DNA from: Squalus acanthias
Lineage: Eukaryota
Assembly: GCA_030390025.1 (NCBI GenBank)
Contig: CM059441.1
Coordinates: 21,514,001 to 21,578,000 of the forward strand
Length of the DNA: 64,000 bases
Reading direction: 5' to 3'
Within the stretch, counting starts at the first letter, position 1. Each line of letters opens with the position of its first letter. The notes beneath the pieces are model-generated. The model was not told the DNA's origin. It worked only from the letters and a program-made list of their open reading frames with translations, and ran no database searches. The position numbers were made by a program, and so were the translations under genes. Below are positions 1-12,880 of this stretch, one piece after another.

Positions 1-409
1 GGCTGCACCGTAACAGTAGCTCGCCGACAGACTCGGCATTGAAATCAACGTAAGGGCGTGAAGTTGCGGTAATTACCCACTCGTTACCCAATAAACACGG
101 CAGAAAAAAGTAGGCTGGTGCATTCAGGTGTAAATGAATTTTCAATGGCGTGATAAGTCATAACTACTGCCAAACAACCACTCTAGGCCCTGAAAATTTA
201 ATTTTACAAGTGTGGAGTCTCATTCCTTCAGAATTTAATGAGTGTTGGAGATTTAAAAATACATTTTTTAACCTTTTCTGTCTGTCTCTTTTATCCCTCT
301 CTCTTAATTCCATCTTTATTTCCCAATCTTTATTTTGTTTTCTGTACGTGATTTAAATCTAATTGGTACTTCCTGGTTTATAATTCCTGGTTTCCTGCGG
401 GGGTATAAT

Positions 410-990
410 TGGGCTCTGTAGCGCCCATTTCTTCCTGCTGCCTCCTGCTGTGTGCCACCTTCTCCTGAAAAGAAAGAGGGATGTACGTCAATGAGTGTCA
501 TGCAATATGTTTAGGTGATGTGGCTGTCATGGTTGAATAGCTTACAGTGTGTGCAAGCTGTGAGATGTGGATGTGAGGTTTGCAACAGTGCTAAGGTGTG
601 AGGGTGAGATAAGCATATAAATGTTAAGTATCAGTCCTGATTGCCAGACATTGTTGGTAGGTGAGTGATGGGGATGTAGTGAATTGAGCAGTGGAGGATG
701 CTAGTGATGCAGTTGGAAGGATATGGCCTTTGAAGATACACTCACTGACCTTGACAACTTGTGTGAGATCACTAAACTTCTTCCTGCACTGCATCCAGGT
801 CCTTGGGGCTATACTCTTGGCATTGATCTCCACCGCTATCACTTCCACTGCTGTCTGAGCATGTGCCTGGAGGGCCTCCGCGCCCCCCCTGAGGATACAG
901 GACATCTCTCCTTCTTTCCACCTCTTCCACCAAGATCTCCAGTGCAGTGTCCGAAAAACCATTGTTGATTCTTCCACAGCACGATATTCA
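410..990 (-). pseudogene. Second, truncated Harbinger Myb/SANT gene fragment (also 19300-19880)
   Basis: WEEIAVEINA.SIAPRTWMQCRKKFSDLTQVVK followed by an intron and a KVAHNRR-like exon. Confidence 0.7.
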
Positions 991-1378
991 GAATGATCTC
1001 AGCACCACCATAGAATCATAGGGCTAGAAATCCATTTTAGCCCAGGAATGGGCGGTAAAATTAGAAAAGTTGGAGAATTAGCGCCTTGCGCTAATGCTTT
1101 AGACTGCACGCAAAATTCGTGCTCACTGATAAAAGAAATGATTGGAGTCCTAATTCAAGTCTTAAAGCCCAATCTCATTGGCGTTACACTCAAAGGGTGG
1201 GCCAATATCGGGTGCAATCTAATCTCAAGTCATGATTGCCACAGGCTTTTTTCAGTACTTAAAGGGGAGGTTCATTCATGCTGCAGAACCTCATTCTCAG
1301 CATTGCTAGCTGTGCAGCTGCCTCAGCAAGCAGCAGCAGGTCAAGAAGAAGGAGCTGGTGGACTGAAGCAGCTGTACT

Positions 1379-2498
1379 GGTTCATTCTTGGACTGGCAAA
1401 CAGTAGCCAGTGGTGTTCCGCAGGGGTCGGTGCTGGGAGCAAGTGTAACATATCAAAGTTTGCAGATGACACAAAGATGGGAGGGAAAGTAGAAAGTGAG
1501 GAGGACATAAAAAACCTACAAGGGGATATAGACAGGCTGGGTGAGTGGGCGGAGATTTGGCAGATGCAATACAATATTGGAAAATGTGAGGTTATGCACT
1601 TTGGCAGGAAAAATCAGAGAGCAGGTTATTATCTTAATGGCGAGAAACTGGAAAGTACTGCAGTACAAAGGGATCTGGGGGTCCTAGTGCAAGAAAATCA
1701 AAAAGTTAGTATGCAGGTGCAGCAGGTGATCAAGAAGGCCAACGGAATGTTGGCTCTTATTGCTAGGGGGATAGATTATAAACACAGGGAGGTATTGCTG
1801 CAGTTATATAAGGTATTGGTGAGACCGCACCTGGAATACTGCATACAGTTTTGGTGTCCATACTTAAGAAAAGACATACTTGCTCTCGAGGCAGTACAAA
1901 GAAGGTTCACTCGGTTAATCCCGGGGATGAGGGGGTGGACATATCAGGAGAGGTTGAGTAGATTGGGACTCTACTCATTGGAGTTCAGAAGAGTGAGAGG
2001 CGATCTTATTGAAACATATAAGATTGTGAAGGGGCTTGATCGGGTGGATGCGGTAAGGATGTTCCCAAGGATGGGTGAAACTAGAACTAGGGGGCATAAT
2101 CTTAGAATAAGGGGCTGCTCTTTCAAAACTGAGATGAGGAGAAACTTCTTCACTCAGAGGGTAGTAGGTCTGTGGAATTTGCTGCCCCAGGAAGCTGTGG
2201 AAGCTACATCATTAAATACATTTAAAACAGAAATAGACAGTTTCCTAGAAGTAAAGGGAATTAGGGGTTACGGGGAGCGGGCAGGAAATTGGACATGAGG
2301 CTGAGTTCGGATCGGTTGAGGCCCTGTGGGTGGCGTAGCGGGCCCAGGGGCTGAGTGGCCGGGTCCTGCTCCTACTTCTTGTGTTCTTTAGATTTGAGGT
2401 GAGGATCAGATCAGCCATGATCTTATTGAATGGCGGAGCAGGCTCGAGGGGCCAATTGGCTTACTCCTGCTCCTATTTCTTATGTTCTTATGTTCTTA
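1379..2498 (+). mobile_element. 5'-truncated CR1 LINE (RT C-terminus and 3' UTR), present in duplication copy 1 only
   Basis: [15 protein letters not shown], (TATGTTCT)n tail, TSD TGTACT; empty site at 20260-20265. Confidence 0.93.
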
Positions 2499-2505
2499 TG
2501 TACTC

Positions 2506-5500
2506 ATGGCAGATCCACGCCCCAGGGAGAGAGCCCGCAGATCCTGTGATCAAGCATTGGAGGCGTTGGTGTTCGCTGTGGAGAGACAGAGGGCGGTGCT
2601 CTACCCTGCTAATGGCAGGAGGTCCTCGCCGCAAGTCTTCCGCACCATGTGGAGGGAGGTAGCACAGCACATCTCATAGAATCATAGCAAGTTACAGCAC
2701 GGAAGGAGGCCATTTCGGCCCATCGTGTCCACGCCGGCCAACAAAGAGCTAACCAGCCTAATCCCACTTCCCAGATCTTGGTCCGTAGCCCTGCAGGTTA
2801 GAGCATCCCAAGTGCACATCCAAGTACTTTTTAAAAGTGGTTCGGGTTCCTGCATCTACCACCCTTTCAGGCAGTGACTTCCAGACCCCCACAACCCTCT
2901 GGGTGAAGAATTTTCCCCTCAAATCCCCTATAAACCTTCCACCAATTAATTTAAATCTATGCCCCCTGGTTTTTGACCCCTCTGCTAAGGGAAATAGGTC
3001 CTTTCTATCCACTTTATCTATGCCCCTCATAATTTTATACACCTCAATAAGGTCTCCACTCAGCCTCCTCTGTTCCAAGGAAAACAGACCCAGCCTATCC
3101 AGTCTTTCCTCATAGCTAAGATTCTCTACTCCCGGCAACATCCTTGTAAATCTCCTCTGTACCCTCTCTAGTGCAATCACATCTTTCCTGTAATGTGGTG
3201 ACCACAACTGCACGCAGTACTCTAGCTAAGGCCTAACTAGTGTTTTATACAGTTGAAGCATAATCCCCCTGCTCTTGTATTCTATGCCACGGCTAATAAA
3301 GGCAAGCATTCCCTATGCCTTCTTAACCACCTTATCGACCTGGCCTGCAACCTTCAGGGATCTGTGGACATGCACTCCAAGGTCCCATTGTTCCTCTACA
3401 CTACTCAGTGTCCTACCATTTAATGTGTATTCCCTTTCCTTGTTAGCCCTCCCAAAATGCATTACCTCACACTTCTCCGGATTGAATTCCATTTGCCACT
3501 GTTCTACCCACCTGACCAAGTTATTGATATCTTCCTGCAGTCTACAGCTTCCTTCTTCAGTATCAACCACACAGCCGATTTTAGTATCATCTGCAAACTT
3601 CTTAATCATACCCCCTATAGTCAAGTCTAGATCATTGATATATACCACAAAAAGCAAGGGACCTAGTACTGAGCCCTGCGGAACCCCACTAGAAACAGCC
3701 TTCCAGTCACAAAAACACTCATCAACCATTACCCTCTGCTTCCTGTCTCTTTGCCCTGGATCCCATGGGCTTTTAACTTCGTGACCAGTCTGCCATGTGG
3801 AACCTTATCAAAAGCCTTGCTAAAGTCCATATACACTACATCAAACGCACTACCCTCATCTACCCTCCTTGTTACCTCCTCAAAAAATTCTATCAAGTTT
3901 ATCAGACACGACCTTCCCTTCACAAATCCATGCTGACTATCCTTGATTAATCCGTGTCTTTCTAAATGAAGATTTATCCTGTCCTTCAGAATTCTTTCCA
4001 ATAATTTTCCCACCACCGAGGTTAGGCTGACTGGCCTGTAATTACTTGGTCTATCCTTTTCTCCCTTTTTAAACAAGGGTACCACATTAGCAGTCCTCCA
4101 GTCCTCGGGCACCACACCTGAAGCCAGAGGCCGGGCAGCTCTGTAGTCCCCAGGACCCACACACAGTGCAGGAAGTAATTTAACGACCTCACTCGGGTGG
4201 TCAGGGTGATTCAATGCTTCAACAAATGCTACATACCACCATCTAAAACAGTCCTTACAGACTGCCCAAAGCACCACACCCCCAGCACTCACCCACCAAC
4301 AATCTCTACCTACCAACACTCACTCCCATATCTTGCACCTTGCACACAATGACAACTCTTCAACCATGGCAGGCACATCACCCAAACACATTGCTCCACA
4401 CTCAGTCACACGCTTTCCTTTCTCTTGCAGGCCATGGTGGCTCACAACAGGAGGGAGCAGGAGCGCACAGGCGGGGGACAAGCCGACACCCAACCACTGT
4501 CTGTGCTGGAAAATACAGTGCTGCAGATTATTGGACGCCAGGTGGTGGGCACCGTGGCCATCGGCGACATTGACCCCCTTGGGGACAACAACGGTATGTT
4601 CATCCCTACTCCTTCTTCTCACATGCCACTTCCCCCTCACCCCACAAGCGTTTTGCACTTCCCAGCTAATCATGCTGTATGCATGTATTTCTCCCTTCCT
4701 GGCCCACTCCCCTTACCTTAACCTGACACATGTGCCTTTATGCTTTCAGGTAATGAACAAGCACCTGATTAACCTGTCCCTGAGGGCACTGTAGAGAGTG
4801 AGGCGGGAGAAGAACACACCGTGTCACTGCATGTCTCACCCGCAGGCACCAGCTCAGACACTGGCACTACGCGTTCTTTAGAGGCTAGTATAGTAGCGGG
4901 ATCTACACAGGGTGAGGCACTGGGGACAAGTGGGCTGCAGCAAGGCCAGGGGGAAAGGGTAGTTCAGGGGCCAGCTCCCCGGAGGGCGAGTTCTCATGCG
5001 AGTTCTGCTGCACAGGACTCAGATGAGGACCTCGATGGGTAGGTGTTTAGAGGAAGAGTAATGGGCATGCACACGGAGATGATAGGTGCAATGGCAAGGG
5101 TGCCCGAGAGCCTCTCGGCAATGATAAGGAGCGTGGAGGAGTCCGCCTCCAACATTGCGCAGAGCTCTGCGCACACCATGGAGCCCATCATTTCCAGTCT
5201 GTAAGGGATGGTAGACTGCCAGAGAGACCGTGGCGACCCACACCTGATGCCGCGTGTCATGGGCGATCTGGCAGCTTCCATTGCAGCACAGGCAGAAGCG
5301 ACGCAATGTCTTAGTGCTGTAATGCAGTCTATGCTTGGTGGTATCCAATCTCAGACTGCTCTCATGCAGTCTCAGTTTGATGCCACGCAAGCTCTGACTG
5401 CTGCCATCGTGCCTGGGTCTACCACCATCGAACGGGGCTTTCACGGTGTCACAGCAGGCCAGCAATCTGTGCTCCAACAGGTTGCTAGGGTTGCTGAGGT

Positions 5501-5855
5501 GCTGCCTTGGGGGAGTGGCAGTGGGCCAGTGCAGCAGGAAGCTGCTGTCCTCTCTCAGGACGACAGCATTCCTGCTCCCACCACTGCCACTCCGCCATTG
5601 CCCTTGTCGCTGTCTGTCATCCAGCCAGCCCAGACTGCTGCCGCCCATGCTGAGGTGGTGCAGTCTATAGCCGGGACTTCCAGGCCCAGAGCTGGTCAAG
5701 GGTGTCCTGCAAGACCATCTGAAGGCTTCCGCTCGGACACTCAGCAGCCTTCCACCAGCCCTGCTGCAGCCACTGGGCCAACACATCATAAGAGCACTAG
5801 AGTAGGGAAAGGCACAGTAACGACAGACACTAAGGGATTGCACAAGTGTGGATAG
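2506..5855 (+). pseudogene. Harbinger Myb/SANT-like (MSANTD-type) accessory gene, multi-exon, disrupted
   Basis: MADPRPRERARR..ALEALVFAVERQRAVLYP..WREVAQ..RTHTQCRK.FNDL; split by a CR1 at 2676-4128 and by in-frame stops. Confidence 0.8.
2676..4128 (-). mobile_element. CR1 LINE RT fragment (orthologous copy 20437-23516)
   Basis: [35 protein letters not shown]; tail at 2676. Confidence 0.9.
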
Positions 5856-6009
5856 TTAATATTTTTGTTGTAAATATGTTTTCATTGATTATCGATAAAT
5901 TTATTAACTCAGTTTGGATTCTTTTGTGATGTGTCGCATTTCAGCTTTGCACTGTGATATGGCCTGCGACAGGGATGGAATGATGGGGATGTGGTGAGCA
6001 ACGGGGATC

Positions 6010-7142
6010 TGGGGTTTAATTCATTGGTACCAAAGTCTGATGAGGCAGTCACGGACCGCCCTTCTGGAAGGCCGATTGAGTGGCTGCCTCCTACCCTCGC
6101 TCGTGTTCCTCCTCCTCCTCGTCCTCCTCATCTTCCTCTTCCTCCTCCTCTCCCGCTTCCTCCTCCTGAGATGGTCCTGCAATCCCTGGTAGCAAGTTTT
6201 GGGCCCTCATAATGGCTAAGTTGTGGGGCATGCAGCAGATCACCACGAAATGGGACACCTGCTCAGCCGAGTACTGGAGGGCTCCTCCCGAGCTGTCAAG
6301 GCAGCGGAACCGTTGCTTCAGCAGGCTGATGGTCTGCTTGACGATGTTCTTGGTGGAGGCATGGCTCTCATTATATGAGTGCTGGGCAGGAGTGTTGGGG
6401 TTGCGGAGGGGGTCATGAGCCAGGTGGAGAGCGGATAGCCCTTGTCTCCGACCAGCCAGCCGCGAGCTTGACGTGGTGGCTGGAAGAGTGCTGGCACACC
6501 GGTGTGGCGAAAGATGAAAGCATCGTGGCTGCTGCCAGGATAGCAGGCATTGACATTAAGGATTAGCTGTCTGTGGTCGCACACCAACTGCACATTAATT
6601 GAGTGGCAGCCTTTGCGGTTACGGAAGATCTCAGGATTGTTATGCAGTTCCCACAAAGCCACGTGGGTGCAGTCAATGGCGCCCTGCACCATGGGGAATC
6701 CCGCTATCCTGGCAAAGCCACATGCACGTTCGTCCTGCTTCTCTCTGGTGATGGGGAAGGAAATGTAGTCCCTTCTCCTACTGTAGAGAGCCTCTGTGAC
6801 CTCCCGGATGCAGCGATGGACGGGAAACTGCGAGATGTTGGCTATGTCTCCTGTTGCAGACTGGAAGGATCCACTGGTGAAGAAATTGAGGGCGACGGTG
6901 ACCTTGCCACTGAGAGAGCCGTGGTTGCACTGATCTGAGGCTCGAGGTCTAATTGCAGGAGGTGGCAGAGTTCTGTGAACACCTCCTTGCTGAAGAGGAG
7001 CCTTCTAATACACTGCCCCTCGCTTAATTGGAGGTAGGAGACGTGCACTCGGAATACCCTCGGAGGGTAAGGCCTCCTGTTGAGAGGCCTGATGGCCCTC
7101 CTACTCCCTCTGGGCACAGGTTCTCACGATATTGGGCCCCCT
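6010..7142 (-). pseudogene. Harbinger (HARBI1-like) DDE transposase, frameshifted
   Basis: [52 protein letters not shown], acidic C-terminal tract. Confidence 0.88.
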
Positions 7143-7469
7143 GCTGATGCGCGCAGCCAATGAACAGAGCTGGCTGCACGCAGAAATCATGGAAATGAAC
7201 AGGCAGCACGAAGTTGGCGCCCTGCCTGCATTGCAATTAACGGGCGCGGGTTAATCGCACATCGCGATCCCTGCATCCATTTTATCCAATTTAACCCCCT
7301 GCATGTCTCATTGAGGATTCTTCAGTCTGATTTGCTTAAGAGCCTCGCTGTTTCTTGGGCTGCTCAGAAATGCCACAGACCTCCTGTAGAGGGAACCGCG
7401 CTGGACCTGACACCAGAGGACAGCAGGTCTACGCTCGAAAGCCTGCAAAAACTCTGTGGGCAGCTGTCA

Positions 7470-8980
7470 GCGTAGTGAACAGTGAGCGCCGTTCCTTAGC
7501 CTCTGTGTTTTCAGCCTGCTTGTCCGACATCCAATCCCGGATGAGCCAAAATACCTTCCAATTAAACATTGGGAAGACCAGAGTCATTGGGGGAAAAATT
7601 CAGTTGGTTTGCGCCTCCTGTTAGCGCCTTAAGAGGGTGTTAATGGGGCGCAAAGCAACTAGCACCCGGGCGCGGCGAAGTTTGCGCCGCTCGCAAAATT
7701 AACTAGACACTTTGCGGCGGCGCTAAACACTACCACCACGATCTCCTGCGCCGGCAGATCGTGACGTCAGTCGAGTGCGCAGCGCCCCGGTAGCGCCCCG
7801 GAGCGGATATTGAGTGGCAGCCCCTGCCTTATCGCCTGCCGCTAGCAACGACAGGTTGAGGGGAGCGTTTTGCAGTCAGGAAGGGACTGGGGGAGCGCTA
7901 TTTAAATGTGACCGCTTCCTGCCTTTTTTTGTTGGTGACATTTTTGAACCACGCATTCTGAGAGAGAGAGAGAGAGAGACTTCTGGAGAGATTCAACGCT
8001 GTGTGCAGGAGTTTTGAGTACTGAGCAACAATTTGCAGGTTCATTTTGATTTGCCCTTCCTTGTATCGATTTAGAAGAGACTGTGGGGGTTGCACTCTAA
8101 GCTCTTTCCCTGGTAGACTCCATTGTTCTTTCAAGCAGATTTGATATACAGGTCTCTCCAGGCCGTGATTCAAGGCTGCAATGAGCAGGATGTGGATGGA
8201 AAGCAAGATCAACCCTACCCTTTAAGAACTGGCCGGCGCCATTGTGTCTGTGTTCCATTGCTGACTGACATCACATGAGCTTCACCAGCGCTCTGAGTTA
8301 GCGCCTTGCTCCTCGGCCTTTGCGCCTTAAGACAGATGTGTAGCGCCTGATTTAGTGCACCAATCACCTCCAGGGACGATAAAAGTCAAGTTTGCAGTCG
8401 GAGGCAATAATTAGCGCCAGGCGATAATCTTTGCGCCCGGCCGATAATTGCGCCCCAAATGGGGTGATACTGAATTTCTCCCCCATTGTCTTCGACCCCA
8501 CCACAAAATCCGTTCCCTAGCCACCGATTCCATCTCCCTCCCTGGCCGCTGTCTGAGGCTGAACCAGACTCTGCGCAACCTCTTTGTCCTTCTCTACATT
8601 GGCACCCAGTCCCCAAATGCCTCAATTTTAAAATTCTCCTCCTCCTGTTCTAATCCCTCCATGGCTTCGCGCCTCCCTCTCCTTGTAACCCACTCTGTGA
8701 ATTCTGTGTTCCTCCAACTCTGGCTTCTTGTGCATTCCCCCACTTCCTTCATCCCACCATTGACGGCAATGTCTTCAGCCGTCTAGGTCCTAAACTCCGG
8801 AATTCCCTCACTAAAGCTCTCCACTCTCTTTGACCAAACATTTGGTCACCTCTCCTAATGTCTGCTTCTTTGGCTCGGTTTCAATTTTTTTCTCATTACG
8901 TTTCTGTGAAGCATCTTGGGACGTTTTACAATGTTAAAGGTGCTATATAAATGCAAGTAATTGCTGTTGTTGATGTTGAT
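7470..8980 (+). mobile_element. L2-clade LINE 3' fragment, split by a MITE in copy 1 (uninterrupted at 26865-27475)
   Basis: CLSDIQSRMSQNTFQLNIGKT, LHWHPV; 3' tail aaaggtgctatataaatgcaagt(tgt)n shared with the SINEs. Confidence 0.75.
7589..8484 (-). mobile_element. Non-autonomous Harbinger (~0.9 kb), copy 1-specific
   Basis: TIR GGGGGAAAAATTCAG, TSD ATT; empty site at ~26981; inverted sister copy at 28587-29479. Confidence 0.9.
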
Positions 8981-10878
8981 CCCACTAATGAGGGAACAAC
9001 AATAAATGAACGTGCTTCTCAAGCCACTGCTGTGGTCAATGAGAGGAATCTCCCTTTAGGTTTGTTCAGAGTGAAAACTTTCTGCATGTACAACAGATTG
9101 CTTCAGAAGCCTGAAATTTCCCACTGGTTTCAAAGGTTAAGAAATTTTTGTTGCACAGAGAATGCTACGAGTGAATGTTCTATCCTAAATGAACACAAAT
9201 TCAGTTTTAGCACAATTCCATTAACTCCTCAAATACTTTAAGGGTTGAAAGAGTTGGGCGCTGAATAAAATGTGTGTTCAAGTGTGTTGCAGCTTGCGAT
9301 GGACATGGTGGTTTGAAACTGCAAGAAAAATGTGTTGTTATTCTCAGGGTGGATGTGTGACAGAAACCTGTGAATGTACAATGTCAGGAGGTGTTAGTTA
9401 CTAAATGAAGGGTAGTGTGTGCAAGTGGTTGAACAAGAACTACAATATTACTGGGCTTTTTATAGGCAAGCATCATGGGTGCTGGTCCATTTATTGGACA
9501 CCAGATGATGCAGATGGAAGAAACAGTGGACAGGTGTACAGGGGCATACGAGCCACACCATGGTGTGGACAAATGACCCCAGAGGGAAACATTACTAAGC
9601 TAGATGTAGTTTTATAAATCTTAAAGAGAAGGAGAGGCTAAAGCTGAGCAAAGACTTCTTAACTGATCTGCATGATGTGCTGCCAAAAGACCTGAAGAAG
9701 CAGTCAACAGTTAAACTGTGCTGTTAGGTGAAGTCATAGTTACCACAGCTCTCAACATTGACATACCTTCCAGGAACTGAGTGGCAGATATCTCAGGAGT
9801 CAATGGAAAGGCTGTCAACTGTTGCACAAGGCACATTACAAGGAATAAGATGCTGCCAAAGTCATAGTGAAAGAGGAGGTAGTAGAATTACTGGATGAGA
9901 TAAAAATTGATAAAGAGGAGGTACTAGAAAGGCTGTCTGTACTTAAATAAGTCACTGATAAGTCACCAGGACTGGATGGGATGCATCCTAGGATGCTGAG
10001 GGAAGTTATGGAGGAAATCACAGTGGTACTCGCCATAATTTTCCAATCCTCCTTCGATACGGGGGTGGTGCCAGAGGACTGGAGAATTGCAAATGTTACA
10101 CCCTTGTTCAAAAAAGGGTGTAAGATTAAAGCCAGCAACTACAGGCCAGTCAGTTTGACCTTGGTAGTGGGGAAGCTTTTGGAAATGATAAACAGGGACA
10201 AAGTTAACAGCCACTTGGACAAGTGTGGATTAATTAAGGAAAGCCAGCACTGATTTGTTAAAGGCAAATCATGTTTAATTAACTTGATTGAGTTTTTTGA
10301 TGAGGTACCAGAGAGGCCATTTGATAAAGTGCCACATAATAGGCTTGCCAGCAAAGTTGAAGCCCATGGAATAAAAGGGTCAGTGGCAGCATGGATACGA
10401 AATTGGTTAAGTGACAGGAAACAGAAAGTAGTGGTGAACGGTTGTTTTTCAGACTGGAGGAAGGTTTGCAGCGGTGTTCCCCAGGGGTCGGTACGAGGAC
10501 CACTGCTTTTATTGATATATATTAATGACTTGGACTTGGGAGTACAGGGCACAATTTCAAAATTTGTAGATGACACTAAAGTTGGAGGTATAATGAACAG
10601 TGAGGAGGAGAGTGATAGACTTCATGAAGACATAGACAGGCTGGTGAAATGGGCGGACACGTGGCAGATGAAATTTAACGCAGAAAAGTGCGAAGTGATA
10701 CATTTTGGTAGAAAGAATGAAGACAGGAAATATAAACCAAATGGTACAATCCTAAAATGGGTGCACGAACAGAGAGACCTGGGGGTTATATGTGCACAAA
10801 TCATTGACGGTGGCAGGGCAGGTTGAGAAAGCAGTTTAAAAAGCATACGGGATCCTGGGCTTCATAAATAGAGGTATG

Positions 10879-11624
10879 GGGGAGAAATTGGGTATCGCCC
10901 CGTTAACTTTAGTGGGAGCGCCAAAGTATCACCGGGCGCTACCCAATTATAACGGACGCGAACTTCCGGTTCAGCGCTCCAGGAGGAAGTGGAGTGTTAA
11001 ATCGAGGGCTACCACTTCCCTTGGAGCGTTAAACCAGGCAAGAGGGGCGGTAGCGGCAGAGCGCGGCACAATGTCCAGTGCAGCGTGCTGGGATCAGAGG
11101 CTCCTTCCCCCCCTTAAAGGGAAGGGCCATTGCTGCAGGCTCTGCAAGAAATCGAATCCCCTGATCGTCGACGGCACCTCCGATCGACGCTGATCAGCCC
11201 CAAGCTCTCTCACAGAATGCAGGGCTGACCAATCGCAGCACCTGAAAAATAGAAAAAGAAGCAGAGTCTTGATGAAACATTTTTCACCTCCCGCACCGAC
11301 AATCCCTTTAACTACTGCTCCCCAAGCGGCCATCCGCGGTGATACCGCCTCCTGCAGGAGCCGGTGTTGACGCCCGGCGATGCTGCAGATGGCGGAAGCC
11401 AAGTTCGCATCCGGGGCGGTACCGGGGCGCTGCGCACCGGATGACGACACGATCTTCGGAGCTCAGGAGATCGTGGCGTTAGGGTTTACCGCCGCCGTTA
11501 ACCTGCAGGGGATGTTTGCGGGCATTGGTACTCTCGCCGCGCCCGGTCGCAAAGCAGGTAGCACCCCGTTATCGTCCCCCGAAGGCGCTAACAGGAGGCG
11601 CAAACCAGGGGAATCTCCAGCCCC
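10879..11624. mobile_element. Harbinger-type MITE
   Basis: GGGGAGAAATT...CTCCAGCCCC termini; the CR1 sequence resumes on both sides. Confidence 0.75.
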
Positions 11625-11692
11625 TGGAGTACAAAAGCAAGGAAGTTATGATGAACCTTGAAAAACTCTGATTCAGCCTCAACTGGAATATT

Positions 11693-12334
11693 TGGCCCAG
11701 AAATTCGGCTCCCTGGCTTCCTGCGGGTGCAAGGATCCCGCACGCACCTCCTTACCGCACCTGCCGTTGACCTCTGGGCCCACGGGGACTTCAGCTCCTG
11801 GGCCTACCCCAACCTGTCAAATCTATGAATTGAAATCGGCCCCAAAACAACACCTAAACTTCAAATAAATTTTTTTAAAAACCATCACATTTTTAAAATT
11901 ACTATAAGTTAAATAAATTAACTACTTTAAACAAAAATTTAAATTTTTGAAATAATTAAAATACTTTTTAACAGAACTAAAAATAAACTTACCTTTCTTT
12001 AAAGTATCTAAAGAAGATAAACCTGTTGAAAAAATTTTTAAATTGTAATTAATTAACCACTTACCTTGTTGAAAACGGGTCTTGCGCCTCCTTTTTAAAA
12101 GCGCAGCTTCTTCAATACTTACCCTCCCGGAGAAACCTGAAAAAAACCCTAAGTTTGCTGCGTGCACGCAGCCTCTACCACGCACGCGGTTAACCTCTGA
12201 ACTGCTCCCTTCACGAGACCGGAAGTTCAGGTTTCCCGCGCATGCGCAGTGCATGCAGGAAACCGGCACTTCAGGAGGCATTACGGGTGAGTACACAGTG
12301 CATACACACCCGGCAAGGGCCGAATTTTTGGCCC
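11693..12334. mobile_element. Harbinger-type MITE with AT-rich core (inverted relative at 30657-31420)
   Basis: GGCCCAGAAATTCG...CGAATTTTTGGCCC, TSD ATT. Confidence 0.8.
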
Positions 12335-12880
12335 ATTGTGTCCAATTCTGGGCACCGCACTTTAGAAAGGCTGTGATGGTCTCAGAGAGGGTGCAGAAAG
12401 ATTTACGAGAATGATTCCAGGGATGAGGGACTTCAGTTACGTGGATAGACTGGCGAAGCTGGGGTTGTTCTCCTTAGAGCAGAGAAGGTTGAGAGGAGAT
12501 TTGAGAGAGGTGTTCAAGATCATGAGGGGCCTAGACAGAGTAGATAGAGAGAAACTGTTCCCATTGGCGGAAGGTTTGAGAACCAGAGGACACAGAATCA
12601 AGGTATTTGGTAAAAGAACCAAAGGCTACATGAGGAAAAACCTTTTTCCGCAGCGAGTGGTTAGGATCTGGAATGCACTGCCTGAAACGGTGGTGGAGGC
12701 AGATTCAATCCTGGCTTTCAAAAGGGAATTGGATAAATACCTGAGGGGAAAAATTTGCAGGGCCACAGGGAAAGGGCAGGGGAGTGGGACTAGCTGAAGT
12801 GCTCTTGCAGAGAGCCAGCACGGGCTCGACAGGCCGAATGGCCTCCTTCTGTGCTATAACCATTCTAGGATTCTATGATT

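Larger units (their letters stand above)
399..7299. mobile_element. Degenerate composite PIF/Harbinger DNA transposon (with nested CR1 insertions), inserted in an older MITE
   Basis: Termini GGGGGTATAATTGG...CCAATTTAACCCCC, 3-bp TSD TGC; contains Myb/SANT and transposase remnants. The flanks (1-398 and 7300-7470) rejoin to match the MITE at ~30100-30650. Confidence 0.75.
1..9840 (+). repeat. Segmental duplication, copy 1 (partner 18887-28334)
   Basis: Colinear high identity from ggctgcaccgtaac (1/18887) to caaggcacattaca (9840/28334); probably extends left of the window. Confidence 0.93.
9841..12880 (+). mobile_element. CR1 LINE RT region and 3' end, interrupted by two MITEs
   Basis: [36 protein letters not shown], ttctatgatt tail. 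Confidence 0.88.

Noticed and set aside
1048-2298. 416-aa ORF as a novel gene
   Set aside because: Chance in-frame fusion of non-coding Harbinger sequence with a 5'-truncated CR1; the duplicate locus lacks it.
3275-3784. Many 60-200 aa ORFs antisense to LINE and Harbinger coding sequence
   Set aside because: Shadow ORFs with no independent protein signal.
9300-9620. Possible exon in the unique part of the duplication (ORF 9405..9617)
   Set aside because: The frame is not conserved in copy 2 (indels at ~27963 and ~28038), and no motif is recognisable.
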